Counted from the first letter of the stretch, positions 12,751-26,280 are shown. The stretch: DNA of 64,000 nucleotides from Octopus sinensis (GCF_006345805.1 NC_042999.1:173538001-173602000); one strand, 5' to 3'. Notes: generated from the letters alone by a model not told the origin. Numbers and translations are program-made.

Positions 12751-12937
12751 CATATAAAATGTATGTGTGTATATGTGTCTGCATATATTTATGTATATAT
12801 GTACGTTTATTTATATAGATACAAATATTTGCGTGCGTGCATGTGCTAATATATATAAAGTTTGTAATTCCAATTAGTAAATGAAACATATGTAATGATG
12901 AATAAATAACGCCAATCTTTTTTCCAATCTCCTCCTT

Positions 12938-12978
<41 letters not shown>

Positions 12979-15900
12979 GGAGTATATAAAGAACGCATAT
13001 TCCTGTATAAATGTATATGAAAGATTGTGCATATATTAGTGAAAATGTTTGAATAAATGCAAATTTAAAATGGATGAGGTCATGTGTGTATGTATCCGTG
13101 TGCATATGAGTGTCTGGATGTGCGTGTGTTTGTGAATGTGAATGAGAGATAGAAGACAGAAATGAAATTGTCGTTGTCGATATTTTGTGTTATCAAAAAG
13201 GTCGGCTTAAGATTGAATTTTGTTACAGTAAATGTTAATGTTTATGGAATTAACATTAAGATAAGAGTGAATCACATTAAATCAAATTCTGTACTGTATC
13301 TTCTCAACAACTGATTTAGTACACAAACATAAACATTTTTTTTCTTTAGCTTCTAAATGACTCGAAGCTGTAAAAAGTATAGCACCATGTCGATCTCTGT
13401 TCATTCTTTGACACTATAACTTCTATGTTATTGCTAGGGTCACTGTGACACAAATCACTTGGAGAACAATGGATGATATAAATACATAATATACTATAAT
13501 TTGTTTGCTCGATTCTCCACTTTTTTCTGAAAACCTGATGTATGTTTTGGTCGAAAAGAAAAATTCATTCTATAGATATTAATGACTAAAAACAATGCTA
13601 TTTTCATCATTTACCTTTAAATAAACTATAAGTAAACGTAGAGTTGTTCTTTCTCTTCTAATTATACAACGATCACTTTCCTTATAGTTTTCAAAGGAGT
13701 GGGACTTTGTATATGTTAATCAACCTTTTGGATATACTACTTACTAGACTAGGAATATTATAAATCCATCTATCTCATTGCACATGTTAATCTTTTATAT
13801 TCTCGTTCTAAATAACCTAGATGCTAACACAATTTTTAAGAATATTCTACACGCAGGAAAGTTTATTTTGCATTTGAAATATAGCTCTCAACTACACAAC
13901 CTGTTGAATACTGAATTCGAGACTAGTAGTTACACCAATGTAAAACTGGTTTTATTGAAAGGGAACGTTGTCAATTAAAAAAAAGGTGAAACTAAAACAA
14001 ACACTAGCAGATATACCAATATGCAAAATGTATAAAATAAAATAATTCCAAATTAGATTCATAAATACAATGAAATGATGAAATGAAATTATTTACCGTA
14101 CATGTTGAACAAACTTTTATGGAGGGAATCTATAAGCACATTAGAAAAAAATACTTGCGAAATATAAGATTATATTCTGTCTCGAAGTCACTACTGCATA
14201 TAGCTGAAAGTGATTTAACAAATGATGATATAAAGAAACACACACACATTTCTCCTTAGAAGATATAATTCAAATTTATATATTGATAGGAACGATTATC
14301 CCATCTCCTGAAATTGCTAGCCTTGAGCAAAAATTTTAAACAAATATGTTAAAAAAATGTATTCTTCCTTTTACACAAATGTTTAATAGTAAAATATATA
14401 GACAATTTATAGAATATAAAGTATGTTACTTCATATTTTACGGGGGCTTTATAAAAACAAGCAGTAAATTATTTTCTATTATCTTCAGTCGTAATTAAAT
14501 ATAAATCGAAACCGAAGCTGAAATGATATGATATTGCAAATGTTAGATCCAAGCTTTCAGAAGACATTTTCATACAATGAGTGTTACTATTTCTGATAAT
14601 GTAGGAAACGTCGAAATGGATAGTGAACAGTTTTGTTTATTAAATATTTAAGTATATTCTAGACGTTACGGTGATTGCTGTTGTAGTTGTAGTCGTTGGT
14701 CAAGGATATTTTGAATTGCATTGTTCGTTTTTCCTGACGGTGATCTGACTGCAACTGTTGTTATAATATGTATAATTATATTCGTAGAGTAGGGATCAAG
14801 GAATCAATGCTACGCGCTACCTGAAATATATTAGTGGTGGTTTGGTAAAGTATTATTCTCTTGTTTGTTGTACAGTATTATGCTCTTCTATAGCCTGGTG
14901 TAGGATACCAGACTCCGTAACACTTTTAGTATATATATATATGTAGCATAGTTCTCCACTGAACACGTATTAAGCTGTAGTACAATACACAATATAATGG
15001 AAATAAATGACGATGTTACATCATGTAGTCATGTAGTGGTTCTAACTTTTTGTTTCATTTAGAATTGAATGGTTTCAATGAATAAAAGTCATGCCACGAG
15101 ACAGCATCATATGAGGTGTTAATATCTACGTTATTTCATAGCTAACGTAATGTCGGTTGGAGTTTCCTTCTTCAATCAAACAATTTATGAAGATAAATAA
15201 ATGTCCGCATTGTTTAGTCTCTTCATTATTTTCTTTTACAATACCACTTACTCCATTATCTTCTACGATGAACATTCACCTGAACATTGTGCACCAATCA
15301 AACAATGTCTCCACTGAATATGATAAATTCTTGGTATATCATTTTATGGTATATATTTTCGCCGAACGAAGAGTTGGTATTGTCAAACTGTTTTATTTAT
15401 TGTATTATTTCTAGAATTTATAGAAACATTCAATACCAAGACAATAGCGTGTGTGGGTAACAAATTATGCAGTTTATGGTATTCTGTCTGATGCTGTTAA
15501 TCTTCTTTCTTTTCAGTCCAAAATGTAAGTAGATACTAGAAATCATGAAAAACAAAAATTTAAGATCAGTAGTAAAATACTTCCTGCTCTAAGTACTGTT
15601 GTCGTACGTCTAGTGATATTGACATTGTTCTTATTATTGTTCTTGGGTTTTACTGATCATCAATTTGTTTCAGATTTACGTACAAATTTGGTGAAGCGTT
15701 TCTAGTGTTATTGATAATCTACCACGTGGAATCGAACAGACATCTAACAGGACACGCTGATGTTCATCTTTACCGCATCTCGTGGATAGTATGAAATTTA
15801 AAGTTGGGTGAAACAACAGAATTATGTTTGTAAATGCGACTAAGACACAAAAAGGAGGAATAAACAGAATCTGATAAACACGCTGATAAATAAATGAAAT

Positions 15901-16289
15901 GATGTACAACAGAATTCGAGCAGACTGCGAAATCGGAGAAAGAAGAGTTTGCGACCGTGGGAAAGAGATATTTATATTAGTGTTTATGTTTGTATCAGTA
16001 TATACATATAAGTTGTTATTCGCATACATAATGTGTGTGTGAGAGTCTGTGTGTGTGTGTGTTGTGAGTGTGTGTGTGTGTTTGACACGCACAAACACAT
16101 GAACACTCACGTACATCCAGACGTCCACACCCACACATATATACATACATACAGTGGTAGCACAAATACAGAGATATAGATAACTACAAATATATACATA
16201 CTTTTTTTCCTCTCCCTCTGATATACGAAAAAACACACACACAGAATACACACATTCCAAATTAGTTTGACAAGCACACAAAGCGAGAC

Positions 16290-16530
16290 AGACTTAGAAA
16301 ATGGCAGTCACATAATAGGAAACTTTACAGATACATGTCAATAAGAACATCTTGAGCAATGCACAGAGATAGGTAAGGCTTCCAACCATGTGTTCTATGA
16401 ATTGGTGAAGAATGAAATGTGATATCTTTTATGGATAATTCCAACCCTACAAAACATTAAGTTTCCAACAATCTTATATTCTTATGTTTCCGGTTCTTTT
16501 GTCGTTTTGTTCTGAAACTGCTGCTTTCAC
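16290..16530 (+). mobile_element. Highly degenerate RTE-like LINE relic
   Basis: IGKASNHVFYEL and SYVFPVLLSFCSETA resemble the RTE motifs I.KA..aF..L and .VLLYGSETW. Confidence 0.35.
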
Positions 16531-16627
16531 TATTCAACGAGTAAGATTTTTACGCGCGCACAGACACACATGTACGGATATACGTCTATGTATATACAAA
16601 CCCACATATTTCTGCCCACACATACTC

Positions 16628-16670
<43 letters not shown>

Positions 16671-16805
16671 TATATATATTATATATACATACACATATAT
16701 ATATACATATGCATACGTACGTATACATATATAAATATACATATATATATTATATATGTATATATATGTATGTATATGTATATCTATGTATCTATCTATC
16801 TATCA

Positions 16806-16874
<69 letters not shown>

Positions 16875-17029
16875 CTTACAGACAAATATATGTGTATAGA
16901 TGTATATATATAATACACTTACGCACATGCACATACATATGCACGCATATAAAAATACATACGTACGCACATATATATATGTATGTGTGCGCACGTGCGC
17001 GTAAGTGTTTGCGTTTATGTGTGTGTGAA

Positions 17030-17320
17030 GGTGAGTGGGATAGTGGTTAGAATATTCGGCTCACGATCGTAAGATCGTGAGTTCAATTCCTGGTCACGCG
17101 TTGTGCCCTTGAACCAGACAATTCACTTCATGTTCCTCCAGTCCACTCAGCAGGCAAAAATGAGTAGTAACTATATTTCAAAGGGCCAGCTTTGTCAAAC
17201 TGAATCTCCCTGAGAATTACGTTAAGGGTACACGTGTCTATGGAGTACTAAGCCATAGTTAATTTTACGAGTTAGCTGTTCCGTTGATGTATCAGCTGGG
17301 AACCACGCCGTCGAAACCGA
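17030..17320 (+). mobile_element. tRNA-derived SINE (CORE-like central block)
   Basis: A box tagtggtt, B box gagttcaattcc, then ctccagtccactcagcaggcaaaaatgagta. Confidence 0.7.
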
Positions 17321-17331
17321 ATGAGTGCTCC

Positions 17332-17380
<49 letters not shown>

Positions 17381-17499
17381 GTATGTAATCTACACAGCCT
17401 TGGTCTTTGTTATCTCATTACGCAAAAAAATTCTTATATATAAATATAAAAATATATATATAAAGAGAGAGGGGGAGGGAGGTGGCAGGGAGAGAAGAG

Positions 17500-17765
17500 A
17501 GGACATACACTTCCTGCAATTTTGTGTAGACCTCTGCGCAGGCATCGCCATGTCAACTTTCTCTGTCATTGTCAATGCCACGATCTCACGCTACACACCG
17601 TCATTCGAAGTAGTGCTGTAAACAGCGGAAGTGAGCTAGAACGTTAAAACTTAGTGCACATGCACAGCGCCGTTCACGGTCAATCTATGTCAAGCGGCTT
17701 TATTCTGTGTGCGTTCGCTTCGTTACTATGGCAAAAGCCTGGATACTTATTGATCAGCCTGCGTA
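17500..17765 (-). mobile_element. Mariner left end with TIR and transposase N-terminal relic
   Basis: TIR-like tacgcaggctgatcaataagtatcc next to TA; ACAEVYTKLQEVY fragment. Confidence 0.55.
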
Positions 17766-17806
17766 TATATTTCTGCCATTATGTTGTAAAATTGCGAATT
17801 AGCCAC

Positions 17807-17842
<36 letters not shown>

Positions 17843-17850
<8 letters not shown>

Positions 17851-18715
17851 GAAAAGTAAGGGCAGTGGGTTTGCTGTGTTAGGTATGAGCGAAACAGGAA
17901 TATCTTGGGAGTATATAGCTGTAATCTTAGCTTTATGCAACCATTCCATATCTTTTCAGATGCTTTTGTTTATGCTTACTCTTTGTCAGGTTGTTCAGCT
18001 ATGAGCGATGAACAGCGAACAACGAATGAACCTGAAATCTTTGGTCCGATTAGAGAAAACGTCATCACAACGAATGTGTGGAGATAATACCATGTCGCGC
18101 ACATCTGCTTTTGAGAGGCACAAGAAGTTGAAAGAGGTGTGTGAGGAAGTGCAAGATGACTCTAGGTATGGGAGGTCTTCGCCAAGCAAGACAGAGGTCG
18201 GCGTCGAGCGGGTAAGTTAGGTGGTGCGTGACAATCGTCGGTTGACTGTTCGAATAAGTGTAATTCAGCTGGAAATGAAAAAAGTGTTTGGAAGGTTATC
18301 ACTGAAGATTTGGGTACGTCGAAAGTCTACGCAAAAACGGTGACAAGGATGCTGAATTACTTCGCTCAGTGCGCGAGAAGAGACGACAGTTGTGGCTGAA
18401 TAAATCATGACTGCTTCGCCACGACAATGCACCTGCTCACAACGCCCTGAGGACCTGCCAGTTCCTAACCGAGAAGAAAATTTCCATACATGAACAACTT
18501 CCCTATTCACAAGATCTAGCTCCGTGTGTCATTTCTTTTCCACAAGCTCAAGGAGATAATCAAGAGGACTTGTTTTGAAGGACTAAGTGTGCTATAACGA
18601 TGAAGCTGAGGAGTATTCCAGATGAATTGTTCCAGCAGTACTTAAATATGTGGCACAGATGGATGGAAGAGAGCATGAGATTCCAGTGGGATTAGTTTGA
18701 AAGGGAAACCATATA
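17843..18715 (+). mobile_element. Mariner transposase relic
   Basis: MSRTSAFERHKKLKE..DDSRYGRS, RHDNAPAHNA and PYSQDLAPC (YSPDLAP motif), with many stops and frameshifts. Confidence 0.85.
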
Positions 18716-18784
18716 GTTTGTAGTTTAACAATGACCATCCATCCTTCGCTTGGCCCTGAAAATCTCATCAAGAAAATTTTACTT

Positions 18785-18835
<51 letters not shown>

Positions 18836-18839
<4 letters not shown>

Positions 18840-19157
18840 CGTGAAAACCGTGACCGACTAGGACTAGGCTGTCAGATGTTGCTACACATCGCTGGTTACA
18901 ATGCGCTTCGCATTGTTTTAGCTTTCAAATGCCCACCATCCCTCTGGCTAAGCGAGCAGGCCAATAGAAGAAACAGTGAGAGAAAGTTGTGATGAAAGAC
19001 TACAGTAGGGATCACCACCTCACCCTGCCGGAGCATCGTGGAGCTGTAGATGTTTTCGCTCAATAAACACTCACAACGCAACGCCCGGTCTGGGAATCAA
19101 AACAGCAATCCTACAACCACGAGTCCGCTGCCCCAAGCACTGGGCCATTGCGCTCCA
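18836..19157 (-). mobile_element. tRNA-derived SINE family C
   Basis: Head ggagcgcaatggcccagtg.., body caactttctctcact.. shared with 7291. Confidence 0.75.
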
Positions 19158-19160
19158 TAT

Positions 19161-19217
<57 letters not shown>

Positions 19218-19614
19218 ATATATATATATATATATATACTAATATATATTTATATCAACATAATACATATAATATATATAACATATACACACATCATATG
19301 TATGTATGTATGTAATTATGCGTATGTGAGTGTGTATCTTGTGATTTTCGATTTTCAAAGGTTTATGGAATATAACGCTGTATGTTATGGAAGTAGAAAG
19401 GCAATTTATATCTTATCACATTCCCTAATGTGATAATCTACTTCATTAGAGTATCAATTCAATTTTTTCTCAGGTGTGATGTTATTTATTCTGAAGCTGC
19501 TTCACAGATGTCACCTTAATTTTCAACTTTTTGTAGTCATTCCAGTAAACTGGTGGTGGTGGTGGTTGGTGGTGGTGGTGGTGGTGGTGATTGGATTTTG
19601 AAAAGTGTAGCATA

Positions 19615-19725
19615 CTGAAACGTTAGAGTTTCTACACTCCACCGCAAGTTTACTATACAGTTACGTACATGTCACTGGATAATACAAATCTTGCCGACGT
19701 AGACCGACACCAGTATCGTGTGATT
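19615..19725 (+). repeat. Left arm of a 111-bp long-range inverted repeat
   Basis: Reverse complement of 21980-22090 with 3 mismatches. Confidence 0.9.
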
Positions 19726-21021
19726 ATACTGACACAACACAGGATATGCTTTCAGGTTTTTTGGAAAAAAGTTTTCAAAAATAACTCAACAGATTTTCCA
19801 TTAATTCCGTGAAAAATTCAAGGTTGCCGCTGGTATTTTAATCAAGTCACTCAGCAACAGATTTCAAAAATAGCAAGTCACTCTGTAGTATCTCGCTCTT
19901 GTGAACTGTTCCTTTCATACACCTGAGCAATAACATAATGTTTGTTGTTTCTGGAGGTAAAACCTTTCTGAAGTAAATATTTCTTCAGAACAACAAAGCA
20001 TCATACATACGATTGCTTGATCCTCGGGAAATGCACATAAATTGCATTGAAATTACACATCCGCTTTGTTAGCGAAAAATAGAACTTCAAATCACAGCCT
20101 AACATTGGTAAAGAAATCGAAGGGCATATTGAATAACGTTATTCTGGATATAGAGTTCTTCCAATGAAAGGCAAGAAGATCACTGCTTTGGATCCTTTAA
20201 TCATAGGCATCTAAGAAGTTAGCTAACCTGTCGTTAAATAAAAATACAAACAAGAAGGGCAATGGAGTGTATACTGCAAAAAGAAAAAGAAAATATACTA
20301 AAGCAAAAAAATATCGTTCCAGAAGTCATGGTACAGTTAAGAAAACAAATAGCAACGGTGGTACCGGCGATGTTCGAGATCAAATCTTATAGGCTTTGAT
20401 GTAGTCTTTCAACTACCCCCGGTCCGAGTGATCTATAAACAAAGTATTATTACCGAACTGTAATAGGCTTCTAGATTACATTTCGTACGCTGACAAAATA
20501 ATCCTAATACCCAGTCAATTATGCGTTACCATGAATACAGTGATGATGTGTTTAAGTATAAATACATATTCGCAGCTAACTTAGACTAATCTGATGATAT
20601 TTACCCGATGCAAATATAGCGACGAGCAGATAAAATAATTAGAGGGTCGGGCGTGAACACTTTCGTTATAATTTCTCTTTATCTTCTAATTCCGAATACT
20701 GCCGAGACCAATTTTACATCTCAACCTTCCCTTGTCGATAAAGTTCTAATTTCGTTGGCATCGGTTAATTATACCCGCTTCTCAAAGCAGTTGTTCTTGT
20801 ACGGAAATCAGAAATTATTTACTCTATCCTAAAATCCTTAGAAGTGAAATGTAAGAAGTGAAATATTTTTCTTTCATATCTTTATTTTTCCATCACTATA
20901 TAATGTTGTTAATAGGATCAAGGGATTGATTTTTATATCCACCAATGACAATATAGCCTTTTATATTTTGGGAGTCAATCGAATAAATATTTGTCAGTAT
21001 AATATGCAACACTAGAGTTGC

Positions 21022-21730
21022 AAGCTGGCAGAATCGTTAGCACTTCGAGTAAAATGCTTAGCGGTATTTTGTCTGCCGCTACGTTCTGAGTTCAAATTCC
21101 GCCGATGTCGACTTTGCCTTTCATCCATTCGGGGTCGATTAAATATGTACCAGTTACGCACTGGGGTCGATTTAATCGATTTAATCCCTTTGTCTGTCCT
21201 TGTTTCTCCCCTCTGTGTTTAAAGAAACAAGTATTTCGTCTGCCGTTACGTTCTGAGTTCAAATTACGCCGCGGTTGACTTTGCCTTTCATCCATTCGGG
21301 TTCGATAAATTAAGTACCAGTTACGCACTGGGGTCGACGTAATCGATTAATGCCTTTGTCTTTGTTTGTTCCCTCTGTTTTTAGCCCCTTGTGGGTAGTA
21401 AAGAATTAGGTATTTCGTCTGCCGCTACGTTCTGAGTTCAAATTCCACCGAGGTCGACTTTGCCTTTCATCCTTTCGGGGTCGATAAATTAAGTACCAGT
21501 TACGCACTGGGGTCGATGTAATCGACTTAATCCCTTTGTCGGTCCTTGTTTGTCCCCTCTATGATTAGCCCCTTGTGGGCAAAAAAGAAACAAGAATCGT
21601 TAGCACTTCGAGTAAAACGCTTGTTAACACTGCGGCCGTCCTTACGTTTTGAGTTCAAATTCCTCGAAGATCGACTTTGCCTTTCAGTTTCTATCAGATG
21701 AGCCCAGGGGGACGATACAATCAACTTACT
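21022..21730 (+). mobile_element. Tandem array of four SINE family B units
   Basis: Units start at ~21022, 21231, 21411 and 21594; ~180-bp period. Confidence 0.9.
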
Positions 21731-21931
21731 CCGATAAATATTTAGCAAGATGAACAAAGTGATTCAAGGGCTGAGAACTAAGCTGTTGATTCTTCTAAGT
21801 ATCAATAAACACATACACAATCACACACATCCATATATATATCTATATATATATATATATTCACGTTCTATTTTTTATGCTTGCTTCGCCAAACCTATAC
21901 ATATATCTACATATATATATATATATATATC

Positions 21932-21979
<48 letters not shown>

Positions 21980-21980
<1 letters not shown>

Positions 21981-22090
21981 ATCACACGATACTGGTGTTG
22001 GTCTATGTCGGCAAGATTTGTATTATCCAGTGACATGTACGTAACTGTATAGTACACTTGCGGTGGAGTGTAGAAACTCTAACGTTTCAG
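21980..22090 (-). repeat. Right arm of the 111-bp long-range inverted repeat
   Basis: Reverse complement of 19615-19725. Confidence 0.9.
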
Positions 22091-22489
22091 GAAAAATGTT
22101 GACAGCAGAGAAATGAAAGACAGACAACAGAGTTTCAGATTCTCTAAGTTGAAAACAAAACTGGTAGCAATTGATATCAATTATCAATTACTGACAGTTT
22201 TTCCAACTTGAAGAATATGAAAGTCAGCTGGCTCTCTCTTTAATTTCATTCCTGTCAACGTTTCTCTGAAGAGGAACTTTATCTGAAACATCAGACTTTT
22301 CACTCTCCATGGCAAATTCACTCTAATTTTTTTGTTTTAGTTTACTATGTATATAATCGCTGAAGGGAGAGAGAGAGAGAGAGAGAGTGTGTGTGTGTGT
22401 GTGGTGTGTGTGTGTGTGCGAGTGTGTGTATGTGTGTGTGTGTGTGTGAAAAAATATACATATAGTCGCCATGATAGATCGGTAGCCAC

Positions 22490-22650
22490 AGCACGCATTT
22501 TATTCTCTCCTTGTTTCTCTCCTTGTTTTTTTCTGTGTCCCTTTCTGTAGAAGAGCGTAGGCTCGAAACGTATAAGACTTTTTCAATTCCTGAGCGAATA
22601 TTTTGTACACTATCTGTCTTCGTCTTTTGTTTTTTCGTGAACTCTCCCCA
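22490..22650 (+). mobile_element. Penelope-like terminal fragment with variant hammerhead motif
   Basis: ctgtagaa-gagc-gtag-gctc-gaaac-gta followed by ttcctgagcg. Confidence 0.55.
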
Positions 22651-22744
22651 TATATCTATCTACCTATCGATATATATATATAATATATATATATATTCTG
22701 ACGTAGCCTATAGGCATAAAAAAGTACCCTAAATTTATCTACAG

Positions 22745-23131
22745 ACTAGCAGTATCGCCCGGCGTTGCTCAGGTTTGTAAGGGAAATAACTATAAAGCAT
22801 TTTTAGAGAGTTATAGCCAAAAAATAGCCAAAAAATGGAAAAAAATGATGGTAAATTTTTTTTTGAGATTTAAAAAAGGTAGAGTTGCGTCCCCTAGACA
22901 GTTTGTGGTTCGTATTCCTGATTCTCGACCCCATGTCGAATTTATCGATTTTTTTCAGAACTGGGGGAACTTTTCAAAATTTTCGCTGCGTTAGTTTTGA
23001 ATTATGACATTGGGCTATGTGTGTGTCAAGTTTCATCAGAATCGGTTGAAAGCCGTGGTCAGGGTGAGGGTACAAGCAAACAGACACACAGAAACACGCA
23101 CAGACAAACTGCCGTTTATATAGAGAGAGAT
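22745..23131 (+). mobile_element. Helitron-like (HINE/Lep1-type) non-autonomous element
   Basis: 5' actagcagtatcgcccggcgttgc; 3' caagtttcatcagaatcggttgaaag..cagacacacag..tttatatagagagagat; no TSD or TIR. Confidence 0.65.
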
Positions 23132-23376
23132 TTACAACACACTGAAAAGATGGAAATAAAATATGGTGTACATGTGACCGATTGGCTGAAACAGGTGTAA
23201 GAAATTGTTCTTCCTCTAATTTAGAAATTACTAATATGTTACACATGTTTTCATATATCTGAACTGTTTAAATTAAATAAATATAAATAATATAATGTCT
23301 AACAACTGATGAACACCTTCTCTGGATTCCCTCCATCTTCTTCTTGCCACATATATATATATATATATATATATAG

Positions 23377-23442
<66 letters not shown>

Positions 23443-23499
23443 TTGTGTGTATGTATGTATATGCATATATATCCTGCCGTCGAAGTCGACGTATGAGCT

Positions 23500-23575
23500 T
23501 TCAGATTCTGCCAAACGCCCTGCACCACCCGGTCTAGGAATTGAAACCATGATCTTGCAACACTCTAACCACTAT
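23500..23575 (-). mobile_element. SINE tRNA-head fragment
   Basis: agtggttagagtg..ggtttcaattcctagaccggg. Confidence 0.5.
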
Positions 23576-23637
23576 CACATATACACACACACACACACGT
23601 ATATATATATATGTGTATATTTGTTTGGATTATATAT

Positions 23638-23864
23638 ATATTGAAAGAAAGAAAAGGGAGAAAAATGGATGTATGAATACTTTATTTGTATGAAATAAAG
23701 ATGTTGAAAATTTTCTATCAATACAAATAAATAAATAAAAAATAAGGTACTTTTTGAGATTTACAACTCATTTATTTGTATTGTTATAAAAAAATCAACA
23801 TCTTTATATCATGCAAATAAATTATTCATACATCTATCTCTCTCCATTTTCTTTCTTTCAATAT
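23638..23864. mobile_element. Small fold-back MITE
   Basis: ~95-bp diverged arms (tattgaaagaaagaaaa..gatgtatgaata..taaagatgttga / reverse complement) around a ~37-bp spacer, TA flanks. Confidence 0.65.
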
Positions 23865-24502
23865 TAATTATATATATTAGTACTATAATCCCGAACATAT
23901 CGTCTAGACTTTCTCATTATATGATAGTGATTAACCAGTGGAATGTTTGGGATTATATAATCCCTAATGTGGATAAAAAACCTCGAGTTGACTATAAATA
24001 TATCATGCCTGACCTCCGCTTCTTCCTCCAGCATCTCAACACCCTTCTATCCCGTTTTCTTTCCTTATTCCCCCTAATGCTTGCAACCCGCAAAAAAACT
24101 CACTTGATTTTTTTTTAAACTCCCTGGGCATCTTTCTTTCTTAGCCGTTACCTCCGTCATCACGTCACACAGTGATGTACATAAATCCCCTCACTAAACA
24201 AGGTTTCCGAAACTTGTTTTTGTGCGTACATATACATTCCCCTCCCATTACCGAAAGCTGAACAGTTATCTCCCTTACCCACAACAATAACAATAATAAC
24301 GATAACAAATTACCTCCCCTTATTTTACTTGTGAAGTCACTCACTCGTAAATATCATCACACACAATATAGACAAAATTTCAAACATAGACATATTCAAA
24401 TAAGTAAAACATATCATGAATAGCGATAGCGAAACCCGTCGGTATATTAAAAATTTATATTAAAACTATGTAAGTGTGCATATTTTCCTTTTTCAATTTC
24501 TT

Positions 24503-24556
<54 letters not shown>

Positions 24557-24569
24557 ATATATATTAAGA

Positions 24570-24870
24570 TGGGCCTTATGAGTAGGTTTAGTAGACGGAA
24601 ACTGAAAGCCCGTCGTATATATGTATATGTATGTGTGGGGGCTGTGTGTCTTTGTATGTGTTTGTGTGTCTGTGTTTGTCCCCCAACATTGCTTGACAAC
24701 CGATGCTGGTGTGTTCAGTCCCTGTAACTTAGCGGTTCGGCAAAAGATATCCATAGAATAATTACTAAGCTTACAAAGAATAAATCCTGGGGTCGATTTC
24801 TTCGACTAAAGGCGGTGCTGCAGCATGGCCACAGTCAACTGACTGAAAGAAGTAAAACAGTAAAGAGTAT
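24570..24870 (+). mobile_element. SINE family A, 5'-truncated
   Basis: tagacggaaactgaaagcccgtcg to ggcggtgctgcagcatggccacagtcaactgactgaaag. Confidence 0.85.
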
Positions 24871-26138
24871 ACTCACACATACACACACACTCGCACACAC
24901 ACACACTCGCACACACACACACAGACACGCGCACGCACACACATACACACACACATACACACACACACACACACACATACACACACACACATACACACAC
25001 ACATACACACACACACATACACACACATAGAAAGCAAGTGACGCTGGACGTATATCTTTGATTCTGATATGTTCGTCTCACTACATACACCACGAATTCT
25101 TCATAGAGAGTAATAATTCCATGTCTACTTGATCGTGTACCCCAGGGTATATTTGTGTGCGCATGTATGTATACGGGTTTGTGTGCATAAGGTTGCGTGA
25201 TCTAGCGTGTTAGTGTACTTTCTAATGCCAAGTATGAATATGTTTGTGTATACCTAAATTCTTATCTCTGAATATCTGGTCATTCGTTTCCTTACATGTT
25301 GGAAGTTGTTTGACATTGTTTATTTGTATCTAATAATTCAAATTTACATGTATATAATCATACAGAAATATGCATTTGTGTATACATAAATAGATGCACA
25401 TATATATATATGTGTGTGTGTGTTTATTCATATACACACACACACACACACACACGCACACACACACATCTATATATATATATATGTATGTATGTATGCC
25501 TGTATGTATGTTTGTATTCATGTATAGATTGATTGATAGATAGAGAAATATATACATCGGTAGATAGATACGTAATATCTGTCTGGCTAAAGATAAATTG
25601 ATAGCTTCAAGTTCAAAGATCTACAAGAAAGGAACTACAAAGAAATGTATATTTATGCAATATATGAATAGAAGGATGAAAACTGGTTAAACATGAACAC
25701 ATTTCCTTATCCTTTGTGATATACCATGAGTTGCAAATACATATTACATTTTCTCGGCAATACATATATACATATATATGTCCACACCTCCTGAACCCAT
25801 ACACACATGCAGTCGCACTCGCAACGTAGGACATGATCATAAATATACGCATCCACAGCACACACATGCACATATATGTACAAATGGCGAGAGAAAAGCA
25901 GAGATATAAAGAGAGAGAGAGAGAGAGAGAGAAAGAAATGGGTGGGGGGGGACTTTATCCTAGTGTGTTTAATGTACGAATATTAAAAAATCTTAGAAAA
26001 CCAAGACAATGCATTTTCGAATATATTATATTTAAGTACGAATATTAAACTTTTGTATCTTATGATAATAATCTCTATATATTAACCGGAAATGCTCTAC
26101 TTATCGATCAAGAAATTAATCAAGAAAGTCGTATTAAT

Positions 26139-26280
26139 ACAGGTATAGGCAACCTTTTTCGAGAAGCGAGCCGCATGAGACACTTATCACCCTCGGGTAC
26201 TACTAAATAAAATGAAGATATTTTATTTTTGTTGAACGTACCATTCAGAAAGTCGCGCTGGCTGTAGTTTGCCGATGAAC
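26139..26280. mobile_element. hAT-like MITE relic
   Basis: caggtataggcaaccttttt..gagccgcatg..ggctgtagtttgccga matches the common hAT non-autonomous end pattern. Confidence 0.45.

Noticed and set aside
21022-21730. Regularly spaced repeats resembling a CRISPR array
   Set aside because: Units are ~180-bp SINE bodies with no short repeat/unique spacer structure and no cas genes; context is eukaryotic.
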